A DNA stretch of 64,000 nucleotides. Source: Lingula anatina. Lineage: Eukaryota; Animalia; Brachiopoda. The notes beneath the pieces are model-generated. The model was not told the DNA's origin and made no database searches. It was given only the letters and a program-made list of their open reading frames with translations. Location: the NCBI GenBank assembly GCA_051362555.1, contig CM120645.1, positions 11,346,001-11,410,000 on the forward strand, written 5' to 3'. The translations under genes were made by a program, and so were the position numbers. This document shows, piece by piece, positions 35,831 through 51,077 of the stretch. Position 1 is the first letter of the stretch. Every line of letters starts with the position of its first letter.

Positions 35831-38800
35831 CTTGATTTCCTTGGGAATCTCGTCGTCTCCTTTTGTGGGATGACTAAGTCACTTTACCGAGACAACTGAC
35901 GAGAAAATGAGAACAAAATAGTCCAGAAAAAAAAATCACAGTCCAATTTGCAATAATACAAGTATCAGTTCACGTCCTATTGGTCCCTTTGTGTTCGTCT
36001 TAATATGAGGTAGATAAAGTATGAACTAGAAAGAAAATCTCGAAAGCGTTCTTCTCTTCTTCGGTGTTCGCCCAGATCGCCGGCGATAGGACTTCTAATG
36101 ACAGTCCCCAACGTCTCACACTAATATTCTTCGGGTCCCACAGGTACCAGGGTATTTTTAACTGATGACTCATTGTGCTGTTTCATTGGAGGGGAGAGAA
36201 CGAGAAAGAGAGAGAGAGGGGGTCGACTTCGCGTGCTTCCTGCTGTTACCTGTTTATCTTGCATATCTCATGTTAAACACTCCTATCTCTAGAGGCGCAT
36301 CTCACGGGGCTCAGACACATTGTTTTTGAAGGGATCTTAATGAAACCGATTTCTCTTTAAACATCCCTGGTTGCTTTCAGAACGGTGGGCTCACCGCATA
36401 TAGTTAACGAAAAAACTATAAATGATTGTATTGGAGTGATTGGGCTATATTTCTTATATATTTGCTATCAGATGAGATCACTTGAAACGTACATGATTTG
36501 AATCGATGCAAAGGCAAACTCGTTACACGAGTGTGAACGCGCCCCCCTCCCGTTCCCCGCCTCAACCAACCGTGAAACATCGTGCTGCGCATGACATACC
36601 CAGGATTTAAGACACCATGACTAAGTTGTGCAAACAATTATTGCTGCCGACACCTGTATCAGCTCCATTCATCAGAAGTGGTTTTTAAGTATAACAGGGA
36701 TGCCAGCACCTGTTTTGAGATTGATATCGGACGGGATGTTGTTTGTATATATTGATGTAACTGTACAAATTCTAATGCGTCTCCGTGGCAGACATCAGGG
36801 ACTAGTTTTTTGCTGAGTCATGCTTGCTCTGTACAGGGCAACCATCTGCTGTTCGGCGCTGACCTTTTCCTTTAATGTTTTGGTTTATTTTTTGTTTACA
36901 TATCTTCATTTTAATATATTTTTTCTATGTACTTGTTTATTTCTATCTACCTTTTTGTTGTTGTTTTGCTTACATCAGAAAACTGAATTTTTCATGTAAG
37001 CAAATTCTTGAATTTTCTGAAGAATTCAACAAACAAAAATCAATCGAGAAAGTTGTATTATAAATAACAGTCAATTGGACAAGATGGCTTTCATTTATTC
37101 CAATGTTTCCATTTCTTTTGAATACATGTAGCTCTGAAATACCAAATAGATTTACTAAGGATTCGTCATTTGAGAATAGGTTTATTTCTATGAATCTATT
37201 ACAATTACAAAGAGATAAGGTTTTTTTTAAAAAAAACGAAAGTCAAATGCTCGATGTTGGCCGGTGAACGTTGCAGTGGATATTGCGGTGAATGCCGCGG
37301 TCGTGGCTAGGTAATTCCGCGTGAAGGGTGTTTCATTGCTCCGTGTTGACGGTCTCTTAACTTATAGATGAATCGGACGATTAAAGTACAGTTTTTGACG
37401 GCTGCATGTCTTCAAAAGTGACCACATTTGATTTTATTGCTGACCAATAGTAACAGTAAACCGCGTCCGTGGAGATAATCTTAGTCAGTCCATGATACGT
37501 TATATGAGTTTTGAGGACTTATGACTCAATATTAAATTGAAAAAAAAAGCCATACTAATATGAAAATGACTTTCCCTTCTTGAACATTAAACTAGAAGAA
37601 CATGTTCACTAATTGAACTTTATGACATGGTTTTAACAATGATATTTCCTGATAGATCAAATGGACATGTGAGCGAAGAATGGTACGGTATGAAAGCTGC
37701 GGTTTTAATGAATTTGTTGTTTATAAAACCTCCAATATCTGTTCAAATCATGGCCTTTACTTTTTTCCTTTCTGTATTTCGACCACAGGAACTGTCATAT
37801 TGTTGATAAATGAACAAATTCATAAAAAACAAGAAGTAAAAAGTGTAGTTTTGTCAAGACGTCATCAAAATCCGTAACAGTCATTCTTTACTACTGTTTA
37901 AAAAACAAATAGACTGGTCTATTCATAGCTGTACCGGGTTCAGGTAAGGCTACATAAAAGGCAACGTAAAAAATGCAAGGCACATCCAAATATGGTCGGG
38001 CATATCAGATACCAGACGGAGAGGTCACGGACGGCATATATTATAGCTGAGCATACGAACTCTGCCCCGACATCGCACGAGGTATGACGTCAGCAGACTT
38101 AGTATCCAGGCCTCAACGACACGCGGCTGTGACGAGGTTAAATGCTGTGAATTGGTTACCGACGAATTTCTGATGTTTGATTTTATAAGGGAAAAATAAT
38201 AACAGCTGTGTGTCCATAATATCCTTGTTCCAACCCTTATCCTGTATAGCTTTCATTGCTTGCAGGGAAGTGTTAGCACTATTGGTTTCTTTGCATCTGT
38301 GCAAACGCTGGCGCATACCGGTGTATTCTTTAGGCCTGTAACAATATTGTAGCACTAAGCTTGGAAGGGGGCGGACAAAATCGTCTTTTTGGCTGGGTAT
38401 GTTCTACTCTAAGTACAATTTTGACTTAGGTTCTGTGCCAACTCTCAACTAAAGTCAATAAAAGCGAATGAGAGGTCCACTTTTTCATAAAAAAAGACAA
38501 CCCTTTGAGAGTGTCTGTACATGTAGATTTGTATTACATGTTGTACAAGGACAGGTCGCAGATACTGGCCCCTTTTTCGTTTTGCTACATGTGCTAGTGC
38601 ATGTTGGTTTTCATAACAGCTCACTGAACATTGTTGCTTAGGTCACTTACACATATACTTAGTGTGTAGATTTGCATTGCTAAATATGCTGAAAATATTA
38701 ATGTCCATCTCAAACCTTCTATTTTTGCAGACAACATTAAAGATTTGATTATGGGAAATGAGACATTATAGCATTTGAGATTTCCGTTCGTTACAGTCTG

Positions 38801-39565
38801 TATATCAAAAATAAAATTTAGTTGGAGAAAAAGCTGCTTCACTTCAAGATATATACTCATAAGTTTGCTAATCTGACGCATGAATTACCTGCATACTTTA
38901 ATTCTTACTCGATGCATTCTGATTTTTATTGATCACCCTGTTCATCTTCACCACGCACCAACTCCAGGAATGGAGCTACATGTTCATGCATTCAATTAAC
39001 CATGGTCATTAGATATTTATTATCCATCTGTTTTTTTATATATACGTATGTATCACCAGTACACGTAGAACATAAATGCAAGCAAATTTACTTATGCTTC
39101 GCTGTGAAATACCGTAATTCCTCTAGTCTAACTATTTTGATTACCATGCGTGCAAACAACTGCATAGATTTGTATTAATCATGCACCGCAGGTCTTAGAA
39201 AACAAAATGCATTTTCATTTGTCTCTGTCTTACTTGCCCATGTTTTTACTTGTAACACTTTCTTAGCCATCGGTGATTCGATTGCTTTACATGGAGTCTA
39301 CGTGAAGAGACTTCTATTGGGGATTAGAGATTTTGGCTATGGTAGGACCTACATGTACATGTATATACATTGACCTTTTCCGTTTGCGTCCTGTCGATAA
39401 TTTATTCTAGAAAATTATTCATATGAGGCAAAGAGTCTTATCTTTATCAGATTATTGTCCTCGATATGGGGAAAATACCAAATGTGACACACTAGACGTT
39501 TAATATGTTTTTTATTGATCTTATTACATTGCATATTTTTTATCTATTTATTTATATGTGCCCGT

Positions 39566-39567
39566 AT

Positions 39568-39614
<47 letters not shown>

Positions 39615-39617
39615 TTT
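39566..39617. repeat. (TTTA)n microsatellite
   Basis: Tetranucleotide run. Confidence 0.9.
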
Positions 39618-41324
39618 GTTTTTTCGTTCATTCTTTCGTTCATTCTAGATATGATCTTATTACGAACTGCCCAGAATTCAATTGCACAGATCAAAGAGTC
39701 AAATGATCCTACAAAAACAATTGATATCAGCCCTCTCCGCAATGAAGCGATGGTCAAATGATACGCATACACAGGAACCCTGTATTGCAATGTTCACAGA
39801 AAGCGACTAAATTGCTGGCCATTTAGCTTCTTATCTTTCCACTTCAATCGGCAATTTGTGAGAAAATCGGATCTAGATTCACAGAAACCGGACAGGCCTG
39901 CTGTACATAAAACAAAAATCATTGTCCATAATGAATTCCAAAGATTTTAATCGTAAATGCCTCTGGTTTACCTGCGTCACTTCGGTCCGTGTAAGGTGTG
40001 GCTATGTGTTGTGGCACGAACAAAGCCTGCATTGGCATCTTCACGACAGATGCGGATCTAGATGGAAGATGTTCCGGGGTCAGCCTGCGACTGAGAGAAC
40101 GACCGTTTTTGATCAGCGCAAAGATTTTAGGGACGAAAATGTCACAGATCAGACCACATATGTCTCCGTTTGTTACTGTTGTCTTCATTTTATTTCCAGT
40201 TCCTTATTTCGAAACGCGGAGGGGAAATATTTTTATTTAATTCATATCAGCAGTCAATGTCTCAGTAACAGCACCCCCCCCTCTCCTCTTTGATTTCACC
40301 TCTGTACTTTGACCACGTACCTGTCTCGTGCAGTAAGACACAGGTGTGTCCTGTAAAGAGCACCAAGGTCGTTTATTATTTATCAGTGGGGCAATACTTG
40401 TATGCAAAATATTTATGTGTTTATTTTTATGTCTCTTGATTAAGTACTTTTTTGTCTTATTTGACACTGATTAAGATTGTCGTTTTTTTTTTTTTTGAGG
40501 ATGGTTCTGATATCAGAGTATGTACAAGCATGAACTACATGTATAAGTGTGTATGTGTGTTTGTGTGTGTATATATGTAAAATCCCTTCGATTATTATTC
40601 ATGACATATAGGCCTACTGTATATATATTTTTGGTGTGTAAGGTCGCCGGTCACTATTTAAAGAGCAAGGGCTGCTAGGACGGCTTGTCTACTTTATTTT
40701 GTTTATTGGTATAATAAATTCATAAAAATTATTTATTTATTTATTTATTTATTCTCTGGTTAATTCATTCACACTGTATTTATTTATTTATCTATCTATT
40801 TGTTTATTTATTTGGTATTTTTTACTGTTTATTTAAATTAATTTGTTTACATGATATATTAGTAGTTACCACTCTAGGCCTGTCCACTTGCCCTTTACCC
40901 GAGCGCTCTTTGATTAATCACTTTAATACTTTATTTGTTTATGTACATTACAAAGGATAGTCCCTTTGGTCACTCATTCTTTATGATGATGGTCGCTATG
41001 ATGGTTTTTATGCACGGACTGTTTGCTTATTTCTATCTTGATGAATGATCTTTACCACACTCTATTCATTTGTTTTTGTGTTCAGTTTTGTCTGCTTACA
41101 CGGTAGTGACAGTTGTGTAGTTGATCTTTTATAGAACTGTTGTAACCATTTGGTATTATCTACTGTACAAATATATGATCCTTAATTAGACAGTTACTTA
41201 GTTCTGATAGACGTTTTTTCCTTTGTGAGGATGGTGATATTTATTTTGTAATTTTTATAAAAGAAATCAGTTTTGTTTTGCCAGAAAATTTTAGAAGTAT
41301 GACTAATCAAACAGTAAATGTTGA

Positions 41325-41438
<114 letters not shown>

Positions 41439-42975
41439 ATCCAAGGAATTCTGTTGATTCCAAACACCGCATGAAATTCGCATTAAACAGTTCACTTCAT
41501 GAGGGCAAATGTCAAATTAACAATGCCAAATGCACATTATCTGCATCTAAGTCAACCAAAACCAAAATATGATTTCTGTTAAACACTGACCCTCCCATTT
41601 AATGGGATAATTCTGGTTGGGATACTTTGCATTTCTTATCACACTAATATCGGTTTGATTGCCGAGCCCGAGGAAATTACTCCCATTATTCTGTTGGCAT
41701 ATTTAGGGTGACGGGTACCTTGGGTCAAAATTGTCCCGAGATTCACCTTTATGTGACGTCATCGTCTCTAGAGCCTCGATATGGAATAGCTCTACGGAAT
41801 CCAGTGTAAGCGAAAACAATGCCACATTTTCGTGATGTCAACTGTTAGGGTTACGTGTGACCTAGCTTTGAACAAGAAACAGCTGTTCAAAAACTACTGT
41901 TTAGCAGGCACATTAATTTGTCCTACGACATCCAGACGAGGTGAACTTCAAAAACAATTTGATTTTAGAAAATCAAAATTCCAACTTAAAAGTAGTACAG
42001 TAGGACCTACATTTCGTAACATTTTTTGGATACATATACTCGTAAATAAACAACTATTTACTAAGTAACGTTCATCACTGATAATTTTCACGACTAAGAT
42101 CAATACTTGAAAGTTGTATAACTTGTAGATTTGTGTAACTGACAGTCTATGTTTTATCATTTATCTCTGAACATTTTCACCAACTAACTCTGGTGTGAAC
42201 ACATGAATAAAGGATTATAGAATTATAATCTGAATTGGCGCATATGGAAGGAATCGACGTCAAATAGTGTTATATGTTTTATTCTATATCTTTTCGAATA
42301 CATTTATTCTTACAAATGGCATCTAATGTGATCATGTCTTAAACATACTAGCACTCCAAAGTAACGTTCGTTTATTTCAAGAGCTCATGATGGCAATATA
42401 CGTTTCTGTTGTATTTTTTATTATGGATTTTGATGACGTAGGGAATGAAGGAAGTATTACCACAAAGCAAAGTTTCGGATAGAACATCGAGTTTAATGCC
42501 AATTTTATAATAATCATTATTATTTTTACTAATATTAACAAGTGCAACACATGTAATGGAGACCTAATAATGGTAAGTTAGGCCTTTCCCATCCACCGAA
42601 TCTCTGCACTGGCTCTTTTGTCGCACCTAGCACATTTTCGCCACTTCTTATTTCGTCACACCTATCGCATTCTGTTTCTTGGCATTTTTTTTGACGATCC
42701 CACACATTTTTGTATTGTGTTATCACTTTTCAGTAGTACCAATGAATTCCGCTCAAAACGCAATTCTTTAATTTTTTAAAGTTAAATTAATGATTTCGAT
42801 CGACCATTTGCCCCAGCTTCCAAGTTTTTACAAAGGGGACACGCTTATCTCATTTTGTTTGGAACGTGCAGATGGAAAAAAGCTTAAAGGGGTAGCATAA
42901 ATAAGGGGCCTGCCCTTGTACTCTTACTGTGTCTGTCGTTTAACATTCCGGTCATTAAGATTATCACAAGTCTAT

Positions 42976-43952
42976 TCAGTCAATAAACACGTCTGATTTA
43001 GAATAGTCGTAGCCAAACAATTTAAAGTCCATTTTATACATTTCTTTTAGATCCTCGATCAACTTATCGGAAAGCTGTGAGAAATATTTCTTCATTGACC
43101 CTTTACTGGTCCTTTTCCATTGTTCAGGGTAAATGGTTGATTTTGTAATATTCGTAAGCCTGAAAATTTCGGGCAGATCCTGGTCGAAAGTCTCCATTCT
43201 CATTATGAGATCATAGCCTAGGGAACAGACACGACACATCCGCCATATTGGACTCCAGTGCGCATGATACCAGCTAACTGTACAGTTGCCTTCCTCTACG
43301 CATTTGCCATGGTAAACTATATACTCGATAAACATCGGAAATGTGATGTTTAATTTGTCATAAGGACGGTTTAAATATCGTCTGATCAAGGAGGACACTC
43401 CATTAGTCACTTTTTGAATAAAAGTTTCTGTTTTGTTTTCATAGCGATTTCCTTCAAATATCATTTTGTAAAGAGAAATTAATCTTTCGAATGGATGACG
43501 AACACTAAGGATTTTAATGCTGTTCGGTCTCTGTAGTATCTCAGCGATTCGGCTTTTGCTGTTTTGCATGAGAAAATCGAATCCGAAATGCCACGATTTC
43601 ACTGGTGTCATTTTTGACCAATCAAAAAGTTCCGTCTTATTCTCCTTGCGACTTTTAACTTCCGCGAAAATCCGGCGGAGATTTGTAGAGCCAGTCTTTG
43701 GTACGATACAGTACAGCACTCTTGATCCTTCATCGTTCACTATCCAAGTGGGATATTTGTGTTCCGCTGCTCTTTCTTCCACTTGCTCACCTTTTACAGA
43801 CATTGCTGCATTTTCCGCCGAAAGCAGCGGTTTATTTGCAGCTGCGCATTGGTTTTCTACCCTTTTCTTGCGACGTTGAAGTATCTTCGTTTCATCGCTT
43901 TCAACTTGAAAGTGTAATGATTTTCTGCTTGCAAATGGGGTATCTTTGGTCA
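42976..43952 (-). CDS. Carbohydrate sulfotransferase, HNK-1ST/CHST8-14 (Sulfotransfer_2) family; catalytic terminal exon
   Basis: 5'-PSB YCIVPKTGSTNLRR, 3'-PB VRHPFERLISLY, HWSPIWRMCRVC and C-terminal YKMDFKLFGY. Likely phase-1 acceptor TTCATTTCAG ending at 43953; the upstream exon carrying the type II TM anchor was not identified. Confidence 0.88.
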
Positions 43953-46900
43953 CTGAAATGAAGATATTCCACATAAATAAAACTGAGGCCAGGTCATTGT
44001 CTTTATGTCAAGCTGGAAACAACGCAGAGATTATTTTAACAGATACAGTCACAGCAGAAATAAGCAGAAATAATTGCGATTCAATTCCATAGTATATTGC
44101 AAATCCATCTGTTTAGATTAAATGCGGATCCACTTAATAAGGTGACAGGCGGTGGAGAGAAAAGTCAATCAGACAAAAAGACAGCCAGATAGCAAACTAT
44201 AGTAACAGAGTGATAAACGGCATTTATAGAGATATAGGCAAAAACGACAACATTGTCGTCACATATATATGCAGGCTGGTTTTACGTATTACCTGACAAT
44301 AGGTTTTTGTATTTTATGGAATGCAGAACCTACCCGAAAGACTGGAAAACAGGGTATTTACGTTGGCAAGTCCAGTAACAATGCAGCCGATGCAAATCAC
44401 TTTGAGGACTGCATTCCTGCTCATACCACCCCTCAGGCGTCCGAGACACGATGGTTTGACTGGCAACATCTACAATGCAGAATTATCAATTAAAGTTTCG
44501 TTAAACACACAAACACACACCATATACTAAAATTATGAATTAATGGTTCAGAAATCCTGCACTCAATCCTATATGGTGGGTCAGGGGAAGGGTATACTTC
44601 GAAAACTTCGACAACTCCTGCAACCGGAGCAGAAACGTAGAAACAACTGCGGTGGAGCATTATGCTTCATTTCTACTGAGTTTTTTAAAGCATGGTTACA
44701 GCGGGGAAAATACCTGTACACCTCTTTTATTCCTGAAATCGGAGCAGGTTTGAGGTATGTTTTCAGTGTGATTGCAGTAGATCTACTGCTGTGGAGTATA
44801 TACTGGCTTTTCGTGCGTTTTCGAGCGGGCACAGCGAGGGCACGCCCCTCCCTTAGCTTCTGAGCCTCCCCCCCCAAAAAAAAAAGGATTAGTAGAAAAA
44901 CGAGACAAAATGAAGCAAAATCTCACCATTCTGTCTTACATGCTTTATAAGTATTGACCTCGTGTACCGTTTTATTTGTCGTTTCTCTTGCTCTCTTCTC
45001 CCTCGCTCCTAGCAAAATTCCGGATCTTTCAATGATGTAATAAGGTTATTGGAGCACCCCCCCTCTCCCAGTAGAGTTATGCAGACAGTGACGATAGACT
45101 TAGACGATTTCGCTACACCCAGTCAAGCCTTTCAATGTATTTCAAGTCTTCTGTTGTTCCCATTTTCATTTCCATACTCTTAAAAGATTTCCGTGCATGA
45201 AACCGAGTTTTGATACTTTCGATAACAATTATGTTTTTAAACATTGAAAAATATTCAAAAGGAACTGGGATGAAAATGATATTCATCATATCAATCAAAA
45301 GGGTTTGTAATAAATATGAATACATCAATGAGAAAACTGTCATTATATTAATGTAATAAAGTCACCCATACACATTATTCAAATTAAAATTGTTATCTAT
45401 GCTTGTATACACGTGAAGCCATAGTTCCGATTCACGCTTGTAAAGAATGTCATGCAAATGTTGTTTTACGTCTCCCAACGTTAACAAGTAAAGGTGTAAG
45501 CCATAAATATGCATCAAATACCGCAATCCATGGACAATATATTTAGATAGAAGGCGAAAAGCTAAAGAGAATGCTGCATATTAAGACACTACAGTGTAAA
45601 GCCTTTACACTATTTTATTTCATTTCGGCCGTACCAGTAGAACTGAGTTTTTGTAGTCAGTGGTTCATGCCATTGCTGGACTACTAGTCATGGGAGGCGG
45701 GGGATTAAATTCCATCTATCAGGGCCACAGATTGATCTTTTAGCTTGATACATGTATGTCTGTGACAACTTATTCTTGACTGTTTTTTCTACTGTAGCCG
45801 GCCTCTAGTGTAGTGGAAAACAAAATGTGGCAGTCACATAGTCTTAGGTACTGCTGAACACATTTATATTGAAATGTCTGTTTGTACTGTATATTCTACG
45901 AAAAAAAACTAAAGAAAAGAGTTTTAAGAGTTTTAAGGTAAACAGACGGAATTCACACAAAACGAGTCACAAATACAACTGTAAAATAAAGAAATTTTTA
46001 GACATTTAAAGCTGCATTTAAAGCTGCACTCTGTAAGGGGTAAGAAATGGACTTAAAGTAGATACATGTATCAGCTGACTACGGTCGTATATATATATGT
46101 ATCTTACCTGTAGCAATAGCTCATGCTTATCATTAGGTTAAATGACCTAGCATTATTTTCTTAACTTCTAGAGTTATCTTTCGTATTCACCATAGATAAG
46201 CACTCTCTGCATAGCGAGGACAACATATCTGTAGGTACAATGTATTCATGAGATCTCATTTACAAGTGAGCAAAAAGATGAATGTTGTGTTTAACATTTC
46301 CTAAAGCAACGGTGACAGAGTACAGTGAATACGTCATCTCTTACGACATTCTCTTATTTTTTGGGACTAAATAATATATAAAAATTATAATTATTACTGA
46401 GGTCTAAGACAATAACTTTATTTGTACCTTGGTGTCCAGGAATCGTACATGTATGTCGAAAATTGTAATGAAATAAGCCGCACTAATGAATTTCTGGATT
46501 AAACTCCAAAAGGTAATGTTAAATTTTAGGGAAGATAAAACTTTTCTGCCCCCCCCCCCTCCCCTTCGACGTCCGAGACCCGTAGATTGTGTTCTTACTA
46601 TGTATAACTAAGCGAAAAATTAACGAGCCTCGTTTCGAATTTAAAATAAACTAAAATGTCTCTCTCTTTTCTCTCTATTTTCGATCCATAAATGCACCGT
46701 AAATCTCCGTACATATCCCAGTAGATACAGTTACATGTATTATTTTCCCCAAGCCAAACAAATGAAGCACAATAGTTGTTCCCTAACAAGGAGCTCCTGT
46801 AGCTCCAAATCAAATCCACGGTTAAGTAAAATTTAGAAAGGAACCAGCTCTAAGCTGCGTAACTTGCTAAGAAAACCTTACACGGTCATTGTTAAAAAAC

Positions 46901-47886
46901 AGTCACGTAAAAGCGTCAATACTAGTACTCACTTTGATGCTGTTTCCTATAATCATGCGCCTTTGCACAGGATGTACATTAACGTGTCCATGATCAAATA
47001 ATTCCGCATACGTGTTGCACTTTCAACTGCATATCTCTGCCGCTTTAATTTCAGTAACCAACTTTCAACGTTCAATGCCTCTTACCCGTCATGCGTGACC
47101 CCCATATAATTACCACGACAAAAACAAAGATACGCGTGATTCTATTTAAGAATAACGGTTTGTTTGTTGCTAGGTTGTGACTGACGAGGCACTCGTCTCG
47201 TTCGAATTTTTTTTTTTAAATGAATGCCCTCCTCCCCCTTTTCTTTGTTCCGGGATATTGCTATGCAAGGGTCTCAGGCAAGGGTGGATGAACCTATGGC
47301 TTTATCTGCTCTACGGATCTTCATGGTAATTATCTTATTCCTAGTCAACTGGTCATATAAACATGTCTTCATTTATTGACCTGGATCTGGGTTACTAACT
47401 GTCCCTAAGCGAACTTTACCCTCTACCAGGGCAACAGATTGCTTTTTTTTCACTCGATATTCACAGATAATTATGCACACATTTCTTTACTGTCCAGTGA
47501 GAAGTTATGCACATATTTGACGTCATCTGATCTATGATGGATAGAAGGTGAACTCGGACTGTTTATTTGTCGATGGCCAACGTTTCTATCACTGATGTCG
47601 GTTTCATTCCTTGGTTTTATTCCTTCTTACCAAGTCTGCTGGTAATTTGCCTTATGTGAAGAACGGAGCAGTAAGCCAATAATTTAACTTGTTTAAAGAA
47701 ATAGAAGAATTAAAACCCCTTCATGCTGTATTGGTTTTCCAAATCCAATTTGTGCAACTAATTGAAGACAATCGCTTTACAGCAGTAGGTCCTTACAGTG
47801 GGGGTGGTGATCTGTGTTAGTAGAAATTGTGCAAAATGAAAAAAAAAGAGTCAAATATACTCCTCCTGATCTGTTTCTTAGACTAT

Positions 47887-47888
47887 AA

Positions 47889-47943
<55 letters not shown>
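47887..47943. repeat. (AAAT)n microsatellite
   Basis: Tetranucleotide run. Confidence 0.9.
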
Positions 47944-50182
47944 CTTAGAAGATATTTAAATAATCCCTAATTCTTTGTGTTGCTTTCGTATTATTTTTTA
48001 CTTCGTTCCTGTCTTACTTTATGCTCAAGCGCGCACGTGTACATGTGTGTCTGCATGTGCGCAGTGTGTGCGTGTTTGTTTGGTCTAGAACTAACCAATC
48101 CCAGATAAAACTGTTCATCTCTTTCGAAGACTAGGGTTAATAACAGCATTTGCTCTCTGGGTCTGCAATGAGTTAAATTCTTTCCTCTATCTCCGTGAAA
48201 ATCCTAACCACATTGTAATTTGTTCAACTATTTAAATGGACAAGCAGGTAATGGGTCCTTCAGTACCTGACACCTTCAACCAATGAAGACTCACACACTC
48301 GATGAAAACGCAGATTACGTTACATGATTTCCTCGCAGTGCATCTACATGTATCCCAAATTTAGGCATTGATATTTCATTAGATTAAAAAGGATTTTCAA
48401 TAACAGGTGTTTGATGGGACGAAATTTAATGCTGAACACAAATCTGCCAACTATTTATTTCTACAACAATTATTTTGATCGGTAAATTTACAATTTTCAA
48501 AATTGAAGACAAAACGACCTACTTAGAGTTTCATTAATAACAATTAAAGGCACTCTAGTGTGCCATATGTTTTTCATTGTGTTTTTAAGGGGGGTTACGT
48601 AGAATCCATCTCTGATGTAACTACTGCAACTGGTACATTTCGGGTTAGTTCAGTTACCATGTTATTGAGCTAACAGATTGCTGCCATGCTAGACAGAAGA
48701 GCCAGAATTGATGCTCATACACGAAGGTCGTTTTTCTCACTAGAAATGAACTTATTGAACCATTTTGCCCACAAAAACACCTGTTCATCTGGAGTTTTCC
48801 AAAAAGGTTATAATTCTAATATCTAAAACCTAGAATACATTTGAAATGCGATGCCAGTACAGTGCACGTATAGGACCTATTGCCCGTAATACCCTTCGTA
48901 CGGCGTCTGAGCGGAGGTAGACGGTGGCCGTGCAAAATTGCACGGAATCGTACGGATTTAAGGCCATGTAATGTAGACATACTCGGCGTAGCCCGTAGTT
49001 CCTTACGATTTCAAAAAAAAAAAAAAAAAATCATACGGACAAGTTCATCGCACGGCGCTCTCGTAAATGTAATCTAGGCATTAGGTTGGCGACGCCAGAC
49101 TGTAGATTTTAACCTAACCACTACATTTCTATCTAACGTGATCACCGTGGCTGTAATTACGGATATCCTACATTCTTTACCTAGATTCAAGTACACGTTT
49201 TGTCCGTTGAGACCCTGATCTCATCAGTAGTGAGTCAACAACGGAATACTATAGTTAATATACATTTTCTCTGATGCCACAGTTCGACGGAGAACAACAG
49301 ATTTCGACAAAACTGTGCTTAACCCAACCTTACAAAACTGCTCTCCTAACTTGACTCTTAATTTCTGAGTTTTCAAACAATTTAATGATAAATACCGGTA
49401 TACTGTATGACTGCAATGTGGAAAAAGTATAGCATCCTTTGAACCAAGATAAATTAGAAACTTGAATAAAAAAACCATGGCTCGTAGAGTTACTTTTTTC
49501 CCGTGGTCTCGTATTTGGTCTCGTATTCAAAGAAAAAAATATGTAAAAAGAATAAACTGTGCACGGAACACTCAAGCGTGTGCACACTCTCGCACAGTCC
49601 CACATTAAAACACCGTTTCCAAACTTGAATGTCGAAGGCGTCCTGCTTCTCTAACACAATACCACAATGTCGAAGACGTCCGACATTGTGAAACCGGCCT
49701 CTCTAGCACAATGTGACAACCACTTTTGAACAAAATCGGTAAAAGGGTTGTCACCACGAATAATCTTCCGGCTCTAGCCCTGATGACAAGAAAATAGAGG
49801 TATTTCGACACAAAGGTCATTATGAATTCTATTACTTGAAAGTAATATGGTCCCAATACTTTGTGAATACACTGTGAATCTGCAGATATGTATGCCGTAT
49901 GAAGTTGCTTTAAAATCAAACATCCAATTCTCTCGTGTCTAGACCTTTTATCAGCACCTAAGATGACAGCATGTATGACAAATTGCCCGCATCAACAATT
50001 TCAGGGACATTTGTCACGTGCTTGCGGTTGTTAGATGCTATAACGTGTTTATGGACTAGTGTTCAAAATACTATGTGTCAAAGCTCGGTATTTTTCGTCT
50101 GTATTAACCCTAAGTGCTAAAATCACAATGCAATAAAATACAAATTATTATATTTTTTGCAAATTATTTTTATTAACATTAT

Positions 50183-50885
50183 TTCAATTCAATTCAATTT
50201 ATTTCTGTACTGGTACATAGATTGCCATGACCTTGTACAATATGATATACTAATGACGATACAATACAATTAGTGCATTACCATTTCTCTAGTTGGTATT
50301 AGAAAAAATAATCTTTATATAATGAACATACATACTAGTAAAATTACTCATAAAATATTCTATATAAGCAATGAGATAAACTTTGATGTGATTATAAATT
50401 TACTATAAACATACTATAAGCATGTTACACAAAAGGATATGTTTAAACTTAAAACCACAGTTACATAGCTGTTTACATGGCTGTTTAAAGCCAGTTTGAT
50501 GACATAGATAATTACGATTAATGACAATTACATAAGACAGATAAGTAAATAAATTACACAGATATAAATATTGTGCCATGTTCAGTCCCACTGCCGAGTC
50601 ACTTCTCACAACAGTGGGACCATACACTGACATTTTAAGGGATATGCTAAAAGTTACCAAGCAGAGCAACCACTTCACTTCTTTTCTTGAACGATTTGAT
50701 TATAAAGTTGGAGAGGGACACTAAAGTATCTTTGTTGGCACTGTTAAATACATGGCATAATTGACTGTCTGGTGACCTTGTATCAGCTTTTAGGATTGAG
50801 GTTTTACTTAAAAAGGTGACTCGGTCTGCTTTGTACATTGGGCATTGGAATATAAAATGGTATTCATCTTCAATTAACGTTCTAC
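50183..50885 (-). mobile_element. 5'-truncated LINE 3' end (ORF2 C-terminus, 3' UTR and repeat tail)
   Basis: Reverse strand reads LIEDEYHFIFQCPMYKADR (ExxxHxxxxC zinc-knuckle end typical of non-LTR ORF2), with a stop shortly after; ends in AATAAA followed by (TTGAA)3. Confidence 0.7.
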
Positions 50886-51011
50886 ATAGCTAATCAGAGC
50901 AAGGTTTAAAACTGGCCAAACATGCATTTTCCTTGGCAAAAATTCTAAAAGTTTTTTGGGCTACGTGTCTTAAAGGATTAAGATTTGCACACACCCCCTT
51001 CCTTACACACA

Positions 51012-51014
<3 letters not shown>

Positions 51015-51070
<56 letters not shown>
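51015..51070. repeat. (CT)n microsatellite
   Basis: Perfect CT run. Confidence 0.95.

Positions 51071-51077
<7 letters not shown>

Noticed and set aside
39919-40293. Overlapping 80-123-aa ORFs in a slightly GC-richer patch
   Set aside because: No recognisable domain or consistent exon chain.
48850-49083. Possible Harbinger-like MITE (CGTA/TACG-rich)
   Set aside because: Could not define matching terminal inverted repeats.
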